From the IMG/VR virus record IMGVR_UViG_3300021066_000001: 64,000 nt of DNA, one strand, 5' to 3'. Positions 52,116-60,585 of this stretch are shown one piece after another. The notes under the pieces are model-generated. The model was not told the DNA's origin. It saw nothing but the letters and a program-made list of their open reading frames with translations, and did not search any database. The DNA is from a virus (Duplodnaviria; Heunggongvirae; Uroviricota; Caudoviricetes). A program made the translations under genes and the position numbers. Every line of letters begins with the position of its first letter. Positions within the stretch are counted from its first letter, which is position 1.

Positions 52116-53204
52116 TCATTCTACCTTGCCGCCAGCTAGCCGTAAATTTTCCCGGAGGTACTCGTTGTTTGGCTCGATCGCTAGAGCTTGACGAATCAAC
52201 TCGACGCCCTCAGCGCGCATCCCCATCCAGTAAGCGGAGACACCCGCGAGGTTGTGCGGCTCATATCCCCATGCCGACGGCTCGTTGAGATAGACGTTTG
52301 GGCGCTCCTTGATCGCGAGCGCTCGAGTCATCGCCGCGTAGCAGCCGACGTGGTCCTTCCGCGTCTCATAGAGAAACTTTCCGTACTCGACCCAGGGCTC
52401 TCGGGTACGGGGCTCCTCGGCGCAAGCACGTAGTAACCAGCGCTCGGCCTCGTCAAGCTGACCGAGCGCTTGCAAGCAACGCGCGATGTAACGCATCGAG
52501 GCAGCTCGCTCGGCGTTCCAGGTCGCTCGCTTGAGGGTGAGGTGACGCTTCAGCTCGGCGATCGCGTGGTCCCACATCCCGTAGTACATGTACTCGCGAC
52601 CGAGATAGTGAGAGTTGCGGTCATCCTCTGGCTCCTCACGCACCGACAGCTCGAGGAGCGAGAGGTAGGAGCCTCGTGACTTCGTCGGGTCGGGGTAGTG
52701 ATAGAGCTTGAACCCGTCGACGAAGAGCTGCGTCTCTTCGCCCTTGTAGAAGGCGAGGGTCTCGTGGACAGGCTTGACCCAACGAAAGCCTCCTCGGGTG
52801 TGGATCTTGTCGTACCAGTATGTCGTCCCCTCTCGACCGTCAGGGAGAGTGTTCCACACGTACTGGTAGCGGACTCGATCTGGCTTCTTTTCTGCCTTGA
52901 GATAAGCCTCCTCGAGGCACTTGCGCCACCCGGGCGAGAGCACCTCATCGAGGTCGATGCACACGCAGAGGTCGACGTCGGCGGGTACGAGCTGCATCGA
53001 GATGTTTCGAGCGACGTCGAACCGCCACGGCTTGAGCTTGATGACATCGACCTGCGCGCCGCGGCGCCGTAGGGCTTCGACCGTACCGTCGGTAGAGCCG
53101 GTGTCGGTAACGTAGACGCCGTCAGCCTCGTTGCAAATCGAGTTCATGAAGCGATCAACGAACTTCTCCTCGTTGAGCGCGATGGTGTAGACGACGATCT
53201 TCAT
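52116..53204 (-). CDS. GT-A fold (GT2-like) glycosyltransferase fused to C-terminal TPR repeats
   Basis: YVTDTGSTDGT nucleotide-sugar-binding motif, DLD (DxD), then 3-4 TPR-like repeats (AELKRHLTL..., YIARCLQALGQLDEAERW...). Confidence 0.6.
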   Translation of the reverse strand: MKIVVYTIALNEEKFVDRFMNSICNEADGVYVTDTGSTDGTVEALRRRGAQVDVIKLKPWRFDVARNISMQLVPADVDLCVCIDLDEVLSPGWRKCLEEAYLKAEKKPDRVRYQYVWNTLPDGREGTTYWYDKIHTRGGFRWVKPVHETLAFYKGEETQLFVDGFKLYHYPDPTKSRGSYLSLLELSVREEPEDDRNSHYLGREYMYYGMWDHAIAELKRHLTLKRATWNAERAASMRYIARCLQALGQLDEAERWLLRACAEEPRTREPWVEYGKFLYETRKDHVGCYAAMTRALAIKERPNVYLNEPSAWGYEPHNLAGVSAYWMGMRAEGVELIRQALAIEPNNEYLRENLRLAGGKVE

Positions 53205-53563
53205 GCCAGCAACTTCCAGAACTCTCGGTCGACGATCTCCGACATGCCAGCCTCTAGCAAACGCGACTGCGTCGTGAGCTTCACGGAGATCTCATTCATC
53301 TTCTTCACTGACTCGCTCTCTACCTCACTAACTCGTCTCGCGTAGATGGGATAGGATGGGAAGAAGAAGTCGCCTAACGCTTGCTCTAGCGCTGCTGGAA
53401 GAGCATCCGCCATCGCTCGCTCGTCGTAGAGCCGGCCGCCGGCGTTTGTCTTCGTGACTTGGAGCTCGTCCAACATGAACAAGTCAGCCGTGCGTCCTCT
53501 GATCTCAGCAGCCATCCGCGTCTCTCGCTTCCTCACGCAACCACCCCTCTTGCCAGAGCTCAC
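53201..53563 (-). CDS. Hypothetical protein
   Basis: ORF track; start uncertain. Confidence 0.4.
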   Translation of the reverse strand: MSSGKRGGCVRKRETRMAAEIRGRTADLFMLDELQVTKTNAGGRLYDERAMADALPAALEQALGDFFFPSYPIYARRVSEVESESVKKMNEISVKLTTQSRLLEAGMSEIVDREFWKLLA

Positions 53564-53709
53564 GGCGATGATCCACGTACGGACATTGCTCGTACATCGC
53601 GCCCTCCCAGTACGCGTCGGCGCCCTCGCTCACCACGAGCTCGTCGACGTGACGCTGGCGATACGCGTCGAGCGGATCGAACCCGTCGATGAGCGGGAGC
53701 GAGCTTACG

Positions 53710-54117
53710 TCATCTGTCATTTCCATTACCCTTGAGCACTCCTCGAGACCATCTATCGGCGAGCTTGGTGACGTTGTAAGACATCACCTCTTGAGGATTT
53801 AGGTCGTGAGCCGTCGCGATCCTCACTAGATAGTAAAGGATGTCTCCGAGCTCCTTCTTGAGCTGATCCCTGTCAAGCTTGCCGTCACGCACCCACTTCT
53901 TGAGGAGCTCCATCACCTCGCCGGTCTCACCTGACAGGCCGACGGTCATGATGTAGTGGTCGCGCAGCTTCAGCTTTCCCTCGTTGAGCCACACCGCGTC
54001 GACGAACTTCGCGTACTCGTTGAGGGTGATGTCCCCCTTCGCGGCCGCCTCGACGATGTTTCGTTCCTTAGCTTGCTGCTTGTTTTCCCTCGTGCTAGCT
54101 CTTCTGCGTGGAATCAT
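53710..54117 (-). CDS. MazG-like nucleoside triphosphate pyrophosphohydrolase (candidate dCTPase/dUTPase)
   Basis: GLSGETGEVMELLKKW...ELGDILYYLVRIA matches the phage MazG EExxE/ExxD core. Confidence 0.65.
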   Translation of the reverse strand: MIPRRRASTRENKQQAKERNIVEAAAKGDITLNEYAKFVDAVWLNEGKLKLRDHYIMTVGLSGETGEVMELLKKWVRDGKLDRDQLKKELGDILYYLVRIATAHDLNPQEVMSYNVTKLADRWSRGVLKGNGNDR

Positions 54118-55813
54118 TGACTTCCTGCTTTAGTTGCTCGAACGCCTCACCCCAGCACGACGGGTCGTAGTGGTAGCTTGACGGGCGATGGGTGATCTGT
54201 TCTGCTTGCATGACGTAAGATCTAGCTTCAGCGAGCATCCCGGCTTGCTTGTAGATGCGCGCCGCGTAGGTCTTGTACTCTCTCGACGCCGGGCTCTCGG
54301 CGATCGCTCTCACCATGTGTTGAGCCGCGTCGTTTAAGGCACCGGCGGTCTGGAACGCGCCTGCCACCTGGGCGTGGAGGAATCCACGGTCCGCGTTAGG
54401 GCACTCTAGCGCCTTCTCGTACGCTCTCAACGCGTCATCGAAGCGCCCGACCTTGAGCAAATCCGCCGCGTAGAACGAGTAGAGCTTCCAGCGGGTTGAG
54501 TCCTCGCGGAGAGCTTGCTCGAGGAGCGGGAGGTACGTTGACCGATCCTTTAAGGGGTCAGGTTTCTGAACCATCTTGATCCCGCCGAGCCACTTGATGA
54601 TCTCAGCTTGTCTGTTGATCTTGACGAGTACCTCATGCACCGGGAGCTTCCACTGGTAGCCGTGACGGTTGTGGATGCGCTCGTGCCAGTGGCTCGAGAT
54701 CTGCGTACCGGCGCCGTGCCAGTCCCAGATCGACTCGAAGCGGTGGTGATAGCGATCACGCGGGCGACCGATCTCTTGCAAGTCCTTCTCGATCTCCTCG
54801 ATGAGGAGCTCTCTCCAGTTAGGCGTATCCATCAGCTCGTCGGCGTCGATCGAAACACACATGTCGATGTCCTCAGGAACGAGACAGAGAGCGGCGTTTC
54901 GCGCGTCGTCAAATCGCCAGGGATCGACGTGGAGCTTGACTACCCTCATGGTGTTCGTCGACGCGCCGCGCAGGTGACCTGAGTGATCGTAGTGAAACTG
55001 AAGGTCCCTCTCGTGGCCGTGGCTCTCGGTGCGCTCCTCCACGAATCGTACGAGTTGCGTGAAGGTCTCGTCCGATGATCCGGTGTCGCAGAAGACGATG
55101 AAATCAGCCTCTTGGATCGACTCGTAGCAGCGCTTGATGAACTTGCTCTCGTTCTTGCAGATCCCGTAGACGGCGATCTGGGGCTTCAGCACGTCGTGCA
55201 GAAGCTCCTTGACGAACGGCGTTGACGAGAGGAAATAGATGCCGATCTCGGCCTCGCGACCCCACGAGACGACGTGCTCACCGACGCACTCCATGAACTC
55301 CTCGTGAGTCCAGTCATCCTTGAGATGAGCCTCGTACGGGTTGCCATTGTACTCGTCCTGCGGATAGTGCCCGAGGGGAACGCTGACGATCACGAGCCGG
55401 CCGAGTCCGAGCGCGTTCTTGATCAGCTTCACAGCTCCCTCTGGCCCGTCCTTGGGGAGATGCTCGATCACGTCACCGAGAAAGATGATGTCGAAAATCG
55501 GAGCTGGACAGGGCGACAGCCAGTTCGGTGCTCTCCAACCGGTCAGCAAAATTTGACCGTGGGCGACGTGGAGCTTATCGTACTTCTCGAGTAGCCCGAA
55601 CTCTGCGACGTAGGGTTCCCAGATCTCGATGCCTTCCCAGTGAAACTTTGGCCGGGGTAGGTGGCTTTTCGCATAGCGGTCAGAGTACGTGCCTGAGCCA
55701 GCACCGAAATCTAGGACCCGGTGTTCGCTGTAAAAGAGCTTAGAGATCTGGTGATTGATGCGGAGGATCGCGCGATCAATCAACTGCTTCCCGGAGTCTG
55801 AACTAAATGGCAT
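54095..55813 (-). CDS. Three-domain protein: class I SAM methyltransferase + GT-A (GT2-like) glycosyltransferase + TPR repeats
   Basis: N-terminus VLDFGAGSGTYS (MTase motif I); middle IVFCDTGSSDET...D.D; C-terminus TPR-like (YEKALECPNADRGFLHAQVAGAFQTAGALNDA...). Paralogous to 52116..53204 in the GT+TPR part. Confidence 0.6.
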   Translation of the reverse strand: MPFSSDSGKQLIDRAILRINHQISKLFYSEHRVLDFGAGSGTYSDRYAKSHLPRPKFHWEGIEIWEPYVAEFGLLEKYDKLHVAHGQILLTGWRAPNWLSPCPAPIFDIIFLGDVIEHLPKDGPEGAVKLIKNALGLGRLVIVSVPLGHYPQDEYNGNPYEAHLKDDWTHEEFMECVGEHVVSWGREAEIGIYFLSSTPFVKELLHDVLKPQIAVYGICKNESKFIKRCYESIQEADFIVFCDTGSSDETFTQLVRFVEERTESHGHERDLQFHYDHSGHLRGASTNTMRVVKLHVDPWRFDDARNAALCLVPEDIDMCVSIDADELMDTPNWRELLIEEIEKDLQEIGRPRDRYHHRFESIWDWHGAGTQISSHWHERIHNRHGYQWKLPVHEVLVKINRQAEIIKWLGGIKMVQKPDPLKDRSTYLPLLEQALREDSTRWKLYSFYAADLLKVGRFDDALRAYEKALECPNADRGFLHAQVAGAFQTAGALNDAAQHMVRAIAESPASREYKTYAARIYKQAGMLAEARSYVMQAEQITHRPSSYHYDPSCWGEAFEQLKQEVNDSTQKS

Positions 55814-55820
55814 CTGTGAA

Positions 55821-55829
55821 CATAAATAT
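55821..55829 (+). promoter_or_regulatory. T4-late-like promoter variant CATAAATAT
   Basis: 52 nt before the collagen-like gene ATG, the same spacing as the TATAAATAG/PARP pair. Confidence 0.3.
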
Positions 55830-55881
55830 GCTCAATAGTAACTTGCATCAATTCACGCGGATATTTTTCTAAGGACTAGCG

Positions 55882-58032
55882 ATGAGCTTGACAGGACCTA
55901 CCGGGCCACAAGGATTTCCTGGACCCACAGGACCCACCGGGTGGACCGGACCTGTAGGCGCGACTGGAGCCTCGCTCACTGGTCCGACCGGTCCTGCTAG
56001 CGGACCCACCGGAGCCACAGGGCCGCAAGGATTTCCGGGTGTCACTGGTCCGACCGGTGTCATTGGTCCGACTGGAGCGACCGGGGCAAGCGGCGTCGCA
56101 GGAGCCCGCGGACAAACCGGTCCGACTGGAGCTACCGGCGCCGATGGGGTCTCCCTCACGGGACCGACCGGGGCGACCGGAGCAGGGGGTGATGACGGAG
56201 CTGACGGAGCTACAGGCCCGACCGGTCCGACTGGAGCGACTGGCGCCTCAGGGCTTTCTGTAACTGGACCTACTGGTGCGAAGGGCGCGACCGGCCCGAC
56301 GGGGCTTTTAGGAGCTACTGGTCCGACCGGAGCTGCAGGTCTCTCGCTGACCGGGCCTACCGGCGCGAGCGGGGTAGCTGGCCCGACAGGAGCCGGCGGA
56401 GCTACAGGAGCTACAGGAGCTTCTGGTATCTCGGTAACCGGTCCGACTGGAGCCAAGGGACCTACCGGCGCGACAGGTGCATCGGTGACTGGACCGACAG
56501 GGCCCTCGATCACGGGACCTACCGGTCAATCTGGAGCTCGAGGAGAGACAGGCCCGACCGGAGCTACCGGTGCCGCTGGGATCTCCCTCACAGGCCCGAC
56601 CGGAGCTACAGGAGCTGGTGGGGATGACGGATCGGACGGAGCTACAGGACCGACCGGCCCGACCGGAGCTACAGGAGCAGCTGGCATCTCGGTCACTGGC
56701 CCGACCGGCGCGAAGGGAGCGACCGGGCCGACGGGTTGGACAGGCCCATCGGGGGAGACCGGTGCGTCGCTGACAGGACCGACCGGACAGTCTGGAGCTC
56801 GCGGAGAGACCGGTCCGACAGGAGCTACAGGAGCGGCTGGAGTTTCACTTACCGGTCCGACCGGAGCTACAGGAGCTGGCGGAGATGACGGGTCTGACGG
56901 AGCTACAGGACCTACCGGTCCGACCGGAGCGACGGGGGCGGCCGGCGTCTCGATGACCGGTCCGACCGGCGCGAAGGGAGCGACCGGGCCGACAGGAGCT
57001 TCGGTGACCGGACCGACAGGAACGTCTCTCACTGGACCGACAGGGCAATCTGGAGCTCGCGGAGAGACAGGGCCGACGGGATGGACAGGGCCAGCAGGGT
57101 CTAACGGAGCGGCGGGACCGACGGGGGCGACAGGTCAATCAGGACAGCGCGGAGAGACCGGTCCTACTGGGCTCTCGCTGACAGGGCCCACGGGAGCTTC
57201 TCTGACAGGGCCCACGGGAGCTGCAGGAGCTCGCGGACAGACCGGTCCGACCGGAGCGACGGGCACCACAGGTCCGACAGGTCCAAACATCACTGGTCCG
57301 ACAGGAGCTCAAGGGCAGCCAGGAGCAACTGGACCGACGGGATCGCAGGGAGTGACAGGTCCGACCGGATGGACAGGTCCGAGCGTTACGGGTCCGACCG
57401 GCGTCACCGGGCCCCTCGGTCCGACAGGCTCCACAGGCGCGACAGGCCCCTCGGGCGGACCGACTGGACCGACAGGCTGGACGGGTCCGAGCGTCACGGG
57501 ACCGACCGGACCGCAGGGAACAACTGGACCGACCGGAACAACAGGGCCGAGCGTTACAGGCCCAACTGGAACGGGTGGTGCTACTGGACCGACTGGGGCA
57601 ACTGGGCCGCAGGGGACAGGTGGGCCGACAGGGCCGAACGGGCTCGTCGGCGGAGCTGGTCCGACAGGTCCTACAGGAATTCGTGGTCCGACCGGCCCGA
57701 CCGGATGGACAGGTCCGAGCGTTACGGGCCCGACCGGCGTCAAGGGAGCTACCGGGCCGACAGGCCCCGCGAACACGATCATCGACGGCAGCGCAACGTT
57801 CAACCCTGGCAATTTGGTTGACGGCGCGGGTGAGTCGACGACGGTGACCGCGACCGGCGCAGCGCTGGGCGACTTCGCTGTCGCATCCTTTTCGCTCGAC
57901 ACGCAAGGTCTCACGGTCACCGCGAACGTCACCGCAGCTGACACTGTCACGGTCAGGTTCCAAAATGAGACCGGTGGCGCGATCGACCTCAACAGCGGCA
58001 CGCTCCGCGTCAGGGTGTGGAAGCTCGCATGA
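55882..58032 (+). CDS. Collagen-like (interrupted Gly-X-Y) fibre protein with C-terminal globular domain; probable tail fibre
   Basis: ~620 aa of GPTGxTG triplets, internal tandem repeats, C-terminal ~90 aa non-collagenous beta-rich domain. Confidence 0.75.
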   Translation: MSLTGPTGPQGFPGPTGPTGWTGPVGATGASLTGPTGPASGPTGATGPQGFPGVTGPTGVIGPTGATGASGVAGARGQTGPTGATGADGVSLTGPTGATGAGGDDGADGATGPTGPTGATGASGLSVTGPTGAKGATGPTGLLGATGPTGAAGLSLTGPTGASGVAGPTGAGGATGATGASGISVTGPTGAKGPTGATGASVTGPTGPSITGPTGQSGARGETGPTGATGAAGISLTGPTGATGAGGDDGSDGATGPTGPTGATGAAGISVTGPTGAKGATGPTGWTGPSGETGASLTGPTGQSGARGETGPTGATGAAGVSLTGPTGATGAGGDDGSDGATGPTGPTGATGAAGVSMTGPTGAKGATGPTGASVTGPTGTSLTGPTGQSGARGETGPTGWTGPAGSNGAAGPTGATGQSGQRGETGPTGLSLTGPTGASLTGPTGAAGARGQTGPTGATGTTGPTGPNITGPTGAQGQPGATGPTGSQGVTGPTGWTGPSVTGPTGVTGPLGPTGSTGATGPSGGPTGPTGWTGPSVTGPTGPQGTTGPTGTTGPSVTGPTGTGGATGPTGATGPQGTGGPTGPNGLVGGAGPTGPTGIRGPTGPTGWTGPSVTGPTGVKGATGPTGPANTIIDGSATFNPGNLVDGAGESTTVTATGAALGDFAVASFSLDTQGLTVTANVTAADTVTVRFQNETGGAIDLNSGTLRVRVWKLA
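56152..57090 (+). repeat. Intragenic tandem repeats (~85-140 aa units, 3 copies) inside the collagen-like gene
   Basis: [16 protein letters not shown](A/S)[31 protein letters not shown] ... [14 protein letters not shown] recurs at aa ~91, ~235 and ~322. Confidence 0.7.
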
Positions 58033-58886
58033 AGCTGATCGAGATCACCGGCGAGAAGAGATATGAAGCTCTTGAAGATGACTACTCTACCCTCCTCCTC
58101 GAGGGCGGCATGGCGCTCAAGGGATGCACGAAGATCTCGCAGGTCGAGGCGCGCCACCTGATTCCTGACTTGATCAAGAAGATCGCGGCTAAGCTCGAGA
58201 TCCCGGCGTCGAAGATCAAGAACGCTGGCTCCGCGGGCAAGAAGCCACACGACCAGGACATCTCTGGAGACATCGACCTAGCCGTCGAGGCTCCGCGTAA
58301 CAAGGTCGAGCAAGCTCTCGCTGACCTCGCGTACGACGATCATCGAGCGATGCCAGCGATCAACGTCTACTCGTTCAACACGAAGCACCTTGATAAGCTG
58401 ATCCAGGTCGATCTGATTCCCGTCGACGACCTCAAGTACGCCGAGTGGTCCTACCTCGCGCACAACAATGACCTCAAGATGGGTCTCAAGGGCGCTCACC
58501 GCAACGAGCTCTTCTTTGCGGTCGCGAAGCACGCGAATCGCCACGTTCTTGACACCGACAAGGACGGTGAGCCGGTTGAGGTTGAGCGTTACTTCTATGA
58601 CCTGAGCAAGGGTCTGATGACCGGAAAGGCTACCCGCAAGGGGAAGCGCGGGACCACTAAGACCTGGACGACGACCGACAAGCACGTGCTAACGAAAGAT
58701 CCCGAAAAGATCGCGCGCATTCTCTTCGGTAGCACCGCCGAGAAGTGCTCGACGTTCAAGGGCACTCTCGCCGCGATCCGAGACGACAAGTTTCCGTACC
58801 CTGACCTGCGTGACAAGATGCTTGATACGGCGCGCGAGGGGATTCGCAACAAGGGACTTCGCGTCCCGCAGGAGCTGCTAAATTGA
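58029..58886 (+). CDS. Pol-beta-superfamily nucleotidyltransferase domain protein
   Basis: [20 protein letters not shown] fits hG[GS]x(9-13)DhD; ATG overlaps the collagen gene stop (ATGA). Confidence 0.5.
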   Translation: MKLIEITGEKRYEALEDDYSTLLLEGGMALKGCTKISQVEARHLIPDLIKKIAAKLEIPASKIKNAGSAGKKPHDQDISGDIDLAVEAPRNKVEQALADLAYDDHRAMPAINVYSFNTKHLDKLIQVDLIPVDDLKYAEWSYLAHNNDLKMGLKGAHRNELFFAVAKHANRHVLDTDKDGEPVEVERYFYDLSKGLMTGKATRKGKRGTTKTWTTTDKHVLTKDPEKIARILFGSTAEKCSTFKGTLAAIRDDKFPYPDLRDKMLDTAREGIRNKGLRVPQELLN

Positions 58887-59233
58887 AACTCCCTCTGCTT
58901 GAAGAACTGCTGACCCTCCGAGAAGCGTGGAGCACCGAGCTTCATGACGACCGCGCAGCCGCGCTGAGGATGACGGTCAAGGAGCTCGGCTTCAAGGAAC
59001 AAGACCCGAACACCTTCAAGAGAGAGGACGGGCAGGTCGGCGTGCTGATCCACCTTGAGGGTGACGCTTGGAAGGTCTTTACCACGTCGGCCGTGCGAGA
59101 GGTCGCCGTCGAGCATGCCGCTGGCATGGGGGCCGCGCGTCTCAAGCAGTTCATCGACCGCAAGCTTCCCTCGGTTCTCCGCGGTCTCAAGTCAGAGGCC
59201 AACATGGTGCGCGCCCGCGGGCAAGACGAGTGA
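58883..59233 (+). CDS. Hypothetical protein (possible HEPN-like Rx4-6H motif)
   Basis: VREVAVEH; 4-nt overlaps on both sides. Confidence 0.35.
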   Translation: MKLPLLEELLTLREAWSTELHDDRAAALRMTVKELGFKEQDPNTFKREDGQVGVLIHLEGDAWKVFTTSAVREVAVEHAAGMGAARLKQFIDRKLPSVLRGLKSEANMVRARGQDE

Positions 59234-59673
59234 AGTTATCTCTGCTTCTAGAGGATCGTGAGTTCAAGCGGAGCTCGGAGATGCCGCAGTTCTTCGAGAT
59301 GCCCTTCCCGGTCTTTTACGAGCTGTCCGACCGTCGTAACTTTTCAGCGATCTTGCACGTCCAAGACTTGCTCCGTCGCTTCGGCAAGGAGCGCGACGTC
59401 AAGCTCTCGACGCTGACGTCGATCCAGTATTATCTCAATCCGCAAGAGCTTGACTACAAGCTCCGTCACCCTGACACGGATCCGATCCTCGTCGGAAAGA
59501 TCAACGGAATGAACTTGATTCTCGACGGATCACACCGCGCGGCGGTCGCGTGGAGCCAGGGAAAGACGTCGATTCGTGCCCGCTTTCTCGATTTCGGCAA
59601 GCTGAAGACCAAGAACGTCGACAATGACTACCTCGTCAAGAAGTTTGACGCGGCAAGACCGAAAGGTCGATGA
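59230..59673 (+). CDS. ParB N-terminal (ParB/Srx-like nuclease) domain protein, GTG start
   Basis: GKINGMNLILDGSHRAAVAW (DGxHR motif); GTG overlaps the upstream TGA. Confidence 0.5.
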   Translation: MKLSLLLEDREFKRSSEMPQFFEMPFPVFYELSDRRNFSAILHVQDLLRRFGKERDVKLSTLTSIQYYLNPQELDYKLRHPDTDPILVGKINGMNLILDGSHRAAVAWSQGKTSIRARFLDFGKLKTKNVDNDYLVKKFDAARPKGR

Positions 59674-60019
59674 ACGGGCAGAGCCAGCCCTTGTTCGCTC
59701 GCTTCACCAGCGGCTCGTCCCACAAGATGATCGTGTAAGCCAGGCGGCCGTGCGGCTTGAGGGTGCCGTAGACGTCATCCTTCTCCACTAGCATCGATCC
59801 CGGAAGGGAATCTCTGATCGCTAGAGCTAGCACGTCAGCAGGTGACGCGGCCCTGATCCAGGGCACCGCGATCAGGTCGATGTCGCGCTTGAGAGAGCCA
59901 TGCACCCCGATCGCGTACCCGCACCCCCAGCTGATCTCCCGAATCGAGTCGATGTGGCGGAGGTAGGCCTCTTGGCAGGCTCTCACCTTTAGAGCCTCTT
60001 CCTCCGCCGTGTGCGGCAT
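59636..60019 (-). CDS. Hypothetical protein
   Basis: ORF track; convergent with the plus-strand island. Confidence 0.45.
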   Translation of the reverse strand: MPHTAEEEALKVRACQEAYLRHIDSIREISWGCGYAIGVHGSLKRDIDLIAVPWIRAASPADVLALAIRDSLPGSMLVEKDDVYGTLKPHGRLAYTIILWDEPLVKRANKGWLCPFIDLSVLPRQTS

Positions 60020-60481
60020 TTACTTAAGCTCGATCAGCTTGGGCTTCGCCTCAGGCGGCAGCTCACGCTTGATCTGGACCGCCAAAATCCCGTCCTGGAA
60101 CGTCGCCTCATCTACGTCGGCGTGGTCTGGCAGCGTGAACGACAAGGTAAAGTCCCGCGCTCCGATGCCTCGCTTGACATAGACAGGACCGTCCTCCTCG
60201 GTCTTCGACTTCGTTGACCCCTTGATCGTCAGCTTTCGCCCCTGATGCTCGACCGTGATCTGGTCACGCTTGAAGCCAGCGAGCGCGAGCTCGATCGCCC
60301 ACGTCTGGTCGTCGATTTTGACGATGTTTGACGGCGGGTACGTGTCGTTGAACGAGAGCAAGCTCAGATCGCGGTCGAGCCCGTCAAGCAGGTCGAAGCC
60401 GCGGAGCGAGCCTAGCCGGTTGAGGTCGTTGAAGAGATCAGCGACGGTGTCTGAGAGATGCGGAAAGAGAGAGGTTTTCAT
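60020..60481 (-). CDS. Hsp20/alpha-crystallin small heat-shock protein
   Basis: ACD core ...IELALAGFKRDQITVEHQGRKLTIKG...ATFQDGILAVQI. Confidence 0.7.
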   Translation of the reverse strand: MKTSLFPHLSDTVADLFNDLNRLGSLRGFDLLDGLDRDLSLLSFNDTYPPSNIVKIDDQTWAIELALAGFKRDQITVEHQGRKLTIKGSTKSKTEEDGPVYVKRGIGARDFTLSFTLPDHADVDEATFQDGILAVQIKRELPPEAKPKLIELK

Positions 60482-60585
60482 CTGAGAATAACTCCTGTGT
60501 GGCAGTTATGACTGGTCGGAACCCGATAGGCGAACCGCCAGGTACTTCTAGCGCAAGACCCCACCTGGGCGTCCTGCGATTCTAT

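Noticed and set aside
53505-53726. 73-aa acidic ORF overlapping both neighbours
   Set aside because: Could be real, but it overlaps the start of 53201..53563 and the end of the MazG gene. I could not decide between alternative starts, so it is left out of the features.
55869-58250. Several minus-strand ORFs (PVGPV-rich, Arg/Ser-rich) inside the collagen-like gene
   Set aside because: Reverse-complement reading of GGN/CCN-rich collagen repeats; the plus frame gives clean G-X-Y periodicity and is flanked by coupled genes.
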